Shown: in pieces, positions 58,815 to 64,000 of the stretch
Numbering within the stretch: position 1 is the stretch's first letter
How the letters are laid out: each line of letters begins with the position of its first letter
Assembly: GCA_026004455.1 (NCBI GenBank)
Contig: BPJE01000002.1
Span: 5,207-69,206 of the forward strand
From: Patescibacteria group bacterium
GTDB lineage: Bacteria > Patescibacteriota > Microgenomatia > UBA1406 > GWC2-37-13
DNA: 64,000 bases
Direction of reading: 5' to 3'
Position numbers and translations under genes: made by a program
Notes under the pieces: model-generated
Databases searched by the model: none
What the model was told of the DNA's origin: nothing
What the model saw: the letters and a program-made list of their open reading frames with translations, nothing else

Positions 58815-60272
58815 TTAATTTTTAATTTTCTTATACACCTCAACACTTCCTCCATATCTATCATTTAAATTATCTGAATAAATCATCTGAAAATTTTTAT
58901 CTTCTAATAATTTTTGATAAAACTTTACTGATAAACTACCTTTACTTAAATCACCAATCTCTTTTTTATAAATTATCACATAATCAGCTTTTTTATATTT
59001 ATCCGACCTATTTATTATATCATCTTCAATTTCACCAATCTCACCAAACGCTGGATCAAATAAAAAATTAAAATATTGTTTTCTATTAGTAAAAAATGGC
59101 GCTAATTTTGGAGTGGTGGCAACAATAATATTTTCATCTTTTAATTTTTCCTGCCAAAGCTTGATTGATTGTTTAGTCAATGGATGAATTTCTTGAAACT
59201 CAACTTTTTGTTTTCCAAAAAAAGTTAATGGATTATATAGATAAATTGAATAAATATTTAACAAAATAAAAATTGTTAAAATTATTAATCTAATTTTTTT
59301 ACTTTTAACAATTTTTAAAAATCTTTGAAAACCATAAATAACAGCAATAAATAAAAAAACGACAATAATTGCATGATAATGAAAATATATTGCCCTCATG
59401 TTATTATTAAGACTCAAAATATTGATTCCCCATTCAGGAGCAGCAATTAAAAAAATCTCTGGTGCTAAAAGTGAAAAAAATAATGGATTAACTAATCTTA
59501 AAAAATATTCATATCCGTTAGAAATAATTGTTGGCAGACGCGACTTAATGTTTGAAAAATAATTACTAGCAAAATGTTTATCACCACGAAAATAGGGGAT
59601 AATAAAATAAGTAGTTGTTAAGAAAAAAATTAATCCTAAAAAAATTGTTATTAAACCATGTTTTTTTTCTTTTTTAACAATAAAAATATAAATTCCTAAA
59701 AACAAAACAATTAAACCGATATGCTCTTTAGTCAACAATGATAAAACAACAAAAACATAAAACCAGCGCCAATTTTTGATCTCTAAAAAATAAAAAGCAG
59801 CGATAAAAAAAGTTGTTGCTAAAACAACTGCATGAAAATCAAAAAGAATCATTCTTTCAATGGCAAAATAAGATAAATAAGTGACTGAAATTAAAAAACT
59901 ATAAAAATCATTTTTAATAATTTTTTTTGCTAATAAAAATAAAAAAACACTTCCTAAAGAAATAATTATTACTTGAAAGATGATTAACCAAATATATGAT
60001 GGGTAAATAAAATAAAAAGGTGCAAAAAAGATTAGAATCGGATCAAAATGAATTGCCAATCGCGACATGTTTTTTAAAAAAGTTGGATTAGTCATCTCTA
60101 AAATTCTTCCTCGTGAAGTATTGTAAACTACTTGATTCATAATTCCTAAATCATAATAATGCGAATTTAAAGTCTCCACTCTTCTTATTGCTAAATAAGA
60201 AAAATAAAAAATAAAAATAATGTTTAACAAAAATAAAGATAAAAAAATAATTTTTGATTTTTTTCCTATCAT
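58815..60272 (-). CDS. DUF2079-family integral membrane protein (putative GT-C glycosyltransferase)
   Basis: YDLGIMNQVVYNTSRGRILEMTNP motif after TM1, followed by many TM helices. Confidence 0.6.
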   Translation of the reverse strand: MIGKKSKIIFLSLFLLNIIFIFYFSYLAIRRVETLNSHYYDLGIMNQVVYNTSRGRILEMTNPTFLKNMSRLAIHFDPILIFFAPFYFIYPSYIWLIIFQVIIISLGSVFLFLLAKKIIKNDFYSFLISVTYLSYFAIERMILFDFHAVVLATTFFIAAFYFLEIKNWRWFYVFVVLSLLTKEHIGLIVLFLGIYIFIVKKEKKHGLITIFLGLIFFLTTTYFIIPYFRGDKHFASNYFSNIKSRLPTIISNGYEYFLRLVNPLFFSLLAPEIFLIAAPEWGINILSLNNNMRAIYFHYHAIIVVFLFIAVIYGFQRFLKIVKSKKIRLIILTIFILLNIYSIYLYNPLTFFGKQKVEFQEIHPLTKQSIKLWQEKLKDENIIVATTPKLAPFFTNRKQYFNFLFDPAFGEIGEIEDDIINRSDKYKKADYVIIYKKEIGDLSKGSLSVKFYQKLLEDKNFQMIYSDNLNDRYGGSVEVYKKIKN

Positions 60273-60301
60273 TTTTAATTTTTCATTTTTAATTTTTAAT
60301 T

Positions 60302-62566
60302 TTATTTGTTTCCCGAATGAAACTTTTCATGAATCTCTTTTAATCTCGTATTAGTCACATGAGTGTAAATCTGAGTGGTTGAGATATTTTTATGTCCCAA
60401 CATCTCCTGTACACTTCGCAAATCAGCCCCATGTGACAATAAATCTGTTGCAAATGAATTATGGCTTATAATGCCATCAGTTATTAAATTATGATTTTTT
60501 TCAACATAAAAATCGTATACAGTATATTGAGAGGATCCTAATTTTGTTTTTGACTTAACTTTTAAGAATTTTATATTTCTTAAGTTTGCTAATTTATAGT
60601 ATTCTAAATATTGTTTATCATTAATTACTCCTAATTTCTTAAATCCCTTTATTATTTTTATAAACGTACTTTCGGTAGGCATTAAATTTTCACAATAACG
60701 AACTATATCTTTAATTTTCATTTTTTCGAAAGTTTTACTATATTGTATTTTATTTAATTTCGCTTTCTCAATTAAATTAGAAATTATTTGATTAAAAGGT
60801 AGTTTAGTATAATCATCTTTTATCTTTTTACTTATTATAATTGTTTCATTTTTTAAAGTAGGTATAAACTTTTTAAAAGTTATAATACTTTTTTTATCTA
60901 AAATTACTAACTCATAAATTCTACTTGAATAAATTTCTTGATTATGAGGTAAGATAGTATTTCTTTTTCTTTTTTCAAGGTGACTATCAATTCCAAAATA
61001 AAGAAGAAGCATTTGAATTTGTTTTAGCAATAAAAAAGATGATGAAAAAAATCGAGGATTTTCAGTCTTAGTTAATCCCTCCGCATCATAAAATCCAGCA
61101 ATAAAATATCTTATTTCTTCTTTTGTTGCATTAAATATTTTTTTGGGAATTAGTTTTTCTTTTGCTTTTTTATTGAAATCAATTAGTTCATGAAAAAATT
61201 CAACTAACTCTTTTGAATAAAAAACCAATTGAAATGAATTTGAGTTGGGACTTTTTAAAATTTTTCCTTTTTTTCCAAAAAGACTCTCTATTAAATCAAG
61301 ATAATATTCTAAAATATTTTTATTTTTATCAAAAATAAAAATACCTCTTCTTAACTTATTAACAACGCCATCACCAAGAACATAACCAACTATTCTCCAT
61401 AATCTTTTATCTAAGGTTTTTTTACCTTTGTGAGGAATAATTTTAGGAGCAATAAGATTTTCACCAATTTGTATATCTTTTGCTTTTTTTTCAACAAAAC
61501 TTTCGTTGTCAAAAATATATAAAAGATGATTACCAGAACATTTTATCTCATACCCATCAGCAAAAATTGAATAAAGATAAGTATTATGGGTTGATTTTAA
61601 AATAATTTTATCTTTGACAATTTTTTTATTTTTAAAATCCAAAGAATAAATTCCATTTTCTAAGCTAAAATAAAGTTCACGAGCTGATATTAAACCATCT
61701 TTAGTAAAAATTAAAGTTTCTGGATGCAAACAATGTCTTAAAACATGCGGTCCAAATCTAAATAAAATTCCTGCTTTTTTTCGATATTTATCAATCATTC
61801 GCTCAACTGATCTTACTGACAATCTCATTTTTTCATTGGTTAATCCCTCTTTTGCCTTTGGCCCAGAGTAACGAATAAAAAGAGGAGAGTAGGGATCATC
61901 TCTTTTGTCTAAATATTTTTTAAGCCATTCTTTAGCTCGCTTAGATAAAAATACCACCCTTGCTTTTCCTCCTTTTCCAATTACCCCAAACTCACCAGTT
62001 TCAATATTGACTTGCTCTCGATTTAAATTAACAAGCTCTGAAACTCGAAGACCAGTAGAAAATAATACTTCTAAAATCGCTCTGTCTCGCAAACCAATGA
62101 TATCAGAAATATCTACTACATTAAATAGTTTTTCTAATTCTTCAGGAAGTAAAAATTTTATTGATCTATCTCTTTGTTTTCCAAGCTCTATCATCTCGGG
62201 AGGTAAAACCTTTAATTTTTGCTTTATCAAATATCTAAAAAAACTTCTTAACGCCACCAAAAAATAATTTTGTGTTTGTCTTTTTAACTCACCTTTATAA
62301 GGATTTTTATAATAATGTGAAAGATAAAGCCTAAACTCTCTGATCGTATTCTCATCAATCTCCTCAACATTTATTAAATTTTGACTTTTGACTTTTAACT
62401 TTTGACTTTTTAATATCCATTCTTTAAAAAAATTTAAATAATATCCATACATTTTGACTGTTTTTAAGGAAAGGTTTTTATCAAGCTCGCAATATTCTAA
62501 AAATCTTAAAATTGCTTCATTAATATCCATAATTTTAATCTTAAACGACGCTAATGTTTTTTTCAA
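60302..62566 (-). CDS. xerC: Xer-type tyrosine recombinase precursor carrying an intein
   Basis: N-terminal SAM-like domain and [20 protein letters not shown] (Arg box). HVLRH / [34 protein letters not shown] is split by a 425-aa insert. 329 aa remain without it. Confidence 0.9.
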   Translation of the reverse strand: MKKTLASFKIKIMDINEAILRFLEYCELDKNLSLKTVKMYGYYLNFFKEWILKSQKLKVKSQNLINVEEIDENTIREFRLYLSHYYKNPYKGELKRQTQNYFLVALRSFFRYLIKQKLKVLPPEMIELGKQRDRSIKFLLPEELEKLFNVVDISDIIGLRDRAILEVLFSTGLRVSELVNLNREQVNIETGEFGVIGKGGKARVVFLSKRAKEWLKKYLDKRDDPYSPLFIRYSGPKAKEGLTNEKMRLSVRSVERMIDKYRKKAGILFRFGPHVLRHCLHPETLIFTKDGLISARELYFSLENGIYSLDFKNKKIVKDKIILKSTHNTYLYSIFADGYEIKCSGNHLLYIFDNESFVEKKAKDIQIGENLIAPKIIPHKGKKTLDKRLWRIVGYVLGDGVVNKLRRGIFIFDKNKNILEYYLDLIESLFGKKGKILKSPNSNSFQLVFYSKELVEFFHELIDFNKKAKEKLIPKKIFNATKEEIRYFIAGFYDAEGLTKTENPRFFSSSFLLLKQIQMLLLYFGIDSHLEKRKRNTILPHNQEIYSSRIYELVILDKKSIITFKKFIPTLKNETIIISKKIKDDYTKLPFNQIISNLIEKAKLNKIQYSKTFEKMKIKDIVRYCENLMPTESTFIKIIKGFKKLGVINDKQYLEYYKLANLRNIKFLKVKSKTKLGSSQYTVYDFYVEKNHNLITDGIISHNSFATDLLSHGADLRSVQEMLGHKNISTTQIYTHVTNTRLKEIHEKFHSGNK
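60458..61732 (-). mobile_element. intein with a LAGLIDADG homing-endonuclease domain (residues 279..703 of the Xer ORF)
   Basis: Starts at Cys1 (CLHPETLIF), block B-like CSGNHLL, LAGLIDADG motifs [10 protein letters not shown] and [10 protein letters not shown], and ends [21 protein letters not shown] followed by Ser+1. Confidence 0.85.
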
Positions 62567-62580
62567 TATATGTAATAAAA

Positions 62581-62691
62581 AAATTCAAAATGCAAAATTC
62601 AAAAGTCAAAATTGAAATTCAAAATTAAAAATTTAAAAAAACTTTTGACTTTTAACTTTTATTTTTGACTTTTAAATTTTAACTTTTGAAT
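62581..62691. repeat. AT-rich palindromic element, copy D, in the xer/tRNA-Leu divergent region
   Basis: AAATTCAAAATGCAAAATTCAAAAGTCAAAATTGAAATTCAAAATTAAAAATTTAAAAAAACTTTTGACTTTTAACTTTT..AACTTTTGAATT. Confidence 0.75.
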
Positions 62692-62751
62692 TATTTATTA
62701 TTTATTTATTATTGATTAAAAATTTATTTATTTTTTATTTGTTATTTTAAA

Positions 62752-62787
62752 AAGGACAGAACCTTTTTGAAAAAAGGTTCTGTCCTT
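62752..62787. repeat. GGACAGAACC-type REP-like hairpin
   Basis: AAGGACAGAACC-TTTTTGAAAAAA-GGTTCTGTCCTT. Confidence 0.8.
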
Positions 62788-62894
62788 AATAATTAGATCA
62801 ATTAGGTTAATTAGAAATTAGAAATTTTTTACGTTACACGTTATACGTTCCACGTTACACATTAAATGTTAGACGTTAGATGTTAAGTGTTAGA

Positions 62895-62903
62895 TGATAT
62901 AAT
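62895..62903 (+). promoter_or_regulatory. extended -10 (TGaTATAAT) 8 nt upstream of the tRNA-Leu 5' end
   Basis: TGATATAAT at 62895..62903 and mature tRNA 5' end at 62912. Confidence 0.55.
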
Positions 62904-62911
62904 ATCTTTAT

Positions 62912-62999
62912 GCCGCAGTGGCGGAATTGGCAGACGCGCAGGGCTTAGGACCCTGTTCCTGTAAAATCAGGAGTAGAGGTTCAACTCCTCTCTGCGGCA
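62912..62999 (+). tRNA. tRNA-Leu (anticodon TAG), long variable arm
   Basis: Acceptor GCCGCAG/CTGCGGC, anticodon stem CAGGG/CCCTG with loop CTTAGGA, variable hairpin CCTG-TAAAAT-CAGG, T-arm AGAGG-TTCAACT-CCTCT. Confidence 0.9.
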
Positions 63000-63021
63000 C
63001 ATTATTTATTTAAAAAATAAA

Positions 63022-63558
63022 ATGAATTATTATAAAAAAATTATCTACATACCAAAAGTTGATAAAAACGATAATCTCATTGGTAAAATTGAAAGATGGG
63101 AAGCTCATGAAAAAAATATTTTACATCGAGGTTTCACAACGATTATTAAAGTTAATAAATATTACATACTTCAATTAAGAAAACATATTATATTTGATAA
63201 CTTATTTGATCTTTCATTCTCATCTCATCCCATTTTTAAGAATAATCAACTTGAGGATATAAAAAAAACAATCATTGATACTTTAAAAAGAGAATGGGTG
63301 ATAGATGAAGAAAATTTTAAAATTGATTTTATAAAAAAATATCATTATCAAGAAAAAGATGAAAAATCAAATATGTTTGAAAATGAAATTAATTATTTAT
63401 TTTTATTAAATTTAAATAAACTACCAAAAATTAATCCAGAGTTTTCATATAAAATGATCCCGTTAACAAAAGAAGAGTTAATAAAAAATTTTAGCAAATA
63501 TAATTTTGTTCCTTGGATAAAAAATATAGATCTTAATGAATTAAAAAATATTCTATGA
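63022..63558 (+). CDS. idi: Nudix-fold isopentenyl-diphosphate delta-isomerase (type 1)-like protein
   Basis: IERWEAHEKNILHRGFTTII..LSFSSHP resembles the IDI-1 pattern (H..G.LHRAFS..NS.C.HP). Confidence 0.55.
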   Translation: MNYYKKIIYIPKVDKNDNLIGKIERWEAHEKNILHRGFTTIIKVNKYYILQLRKHIIFDNLFDLSFSSHPIFKNNQLEDIKKTIIDTLKREWVIDEENFKIDFIKKYHYQEKDEKSNMFENEINYLFLLNLNKLPKINPEFSYKMIPLTKEELIKNFSKYNFVPWIKNIDLNELKNIL

Positions 63559-64000
63559 AAAAAAATATTATTGTTATCGGTGGAGGTATTGGTGGATTAG
63601 CTAGTGCCGCACTTTTGGCAAAAGATGGTTATCAAGTTACTTTAATTGAAAAAAACTCTATTGTTGGTGGACGGGCTAGATTTTTAAAGTTGAGAGATTT
63701 TTATTTTGATATGGGGCCTTCTTGGTATATGATGCCAGAAGTTTTTGAAAATTTTTTTAAAATTTTTAATAAAAAAACCTCTAACTTTTATCAATTAAAA
63801 AAGTTAAAAACTCATTATCGAGTTTTTTTTGAAGATGAGGAAATAATCGATATTTACTCTGATATTAAAAAAAATTTAGAAACCTTTAAAAAATATGAGA
63901 AAGATGGCGATGAAAAACTAAAAAAAATTCTTCAAAAATCTAAATTTATATATGAAAAATCAATGAGTCAATTAGTATTTTCAGATTATAAAAATATATT
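63555..64000 (+). CDS. phytoene desaturase (CrtI)-family FAD oxidoreductase, 5' part (open at the window end)
   Basis: ATG overlaps the idi stop (ATGA). MKKNIIVIGGGIGGLASAALLAKDGYQVTLIEKNSIVGGRA..FDMGPSWYMMPEVFENFF. Not in the ORF track because no stop is reached. Confidence 0.65.
   Translation, partial: MKKNIIVIGGGIGGLASAALLAKDGYQVTLIEKNSIVGGRARFLKLRDFYFDMGPSWYMMPEVFENFFKIFNKKTSNFYQLKKLKTHYRVFFEDEEIIDIYSDIKKNLETFKKYEKDGDEKLKKILQKSKFIYEKSMSQLVFSDYKNI

Overview
AT-rich (about 25-30 % GC by eye), gene-dense bacterial chromosome segment using the standard genetic code: TAA, TAG and TGA all end long conserved ORFs. The streamlined housekeeping genes, rpsF-ssb-rpsR with no rplI, many membrane glycosyltransferases and dense mini-repeats suggest a CPR/Patescibacteria (Microgenomates-like) genome; this is inference only. 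Layout: (i) 1-2.8 kb, a gene-poor relic of a foreign element (dead serine recombinase, one intact orphan ORF, decayed ORFs). (ii) 2.8-29 kb, core genes: cysS, rpsF-ssb-rpsR, Ctp and HtrA proteases, hisS, a short prfA, rpmE, rplJL, gyrB-ppa-gyrA, miaA, lepA, mntH, ABC-2 exporter, pyk, tRNA-Arg. (iii) 29.5-48 kb, an accessory region with an AbiE pair, a glycan locus, nuclease, HigBA-like and HicAB pairs, and many genes broken at A/T homopolymers (YfhO-like, FAD oxidoreductase, epimerase, GtrB-like GT2, Elp3-like, AsnB-like, GT4). (iv) 48-64 kb, intact gmd, flippase, folD, glyA, tRNA-Gly, galE, GT2, DUF2079, tRNA-Leu, idi and a crtI-like start. Most notable: a complete LAGLIDADG intein inside the active-site box of the Xer-type recombinase; GC-rich palindromic elements inserted in frame in miaA, lepA and a GT2 (Rickettsia-RPE-like); a GGACAGAACC hairpin family (about 17 copies); roughly 115-bp AT-rich palindromic elements; and short repeat words translated inside ORFs. 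No CRISPR array, rRNA or intact transposase was seen.
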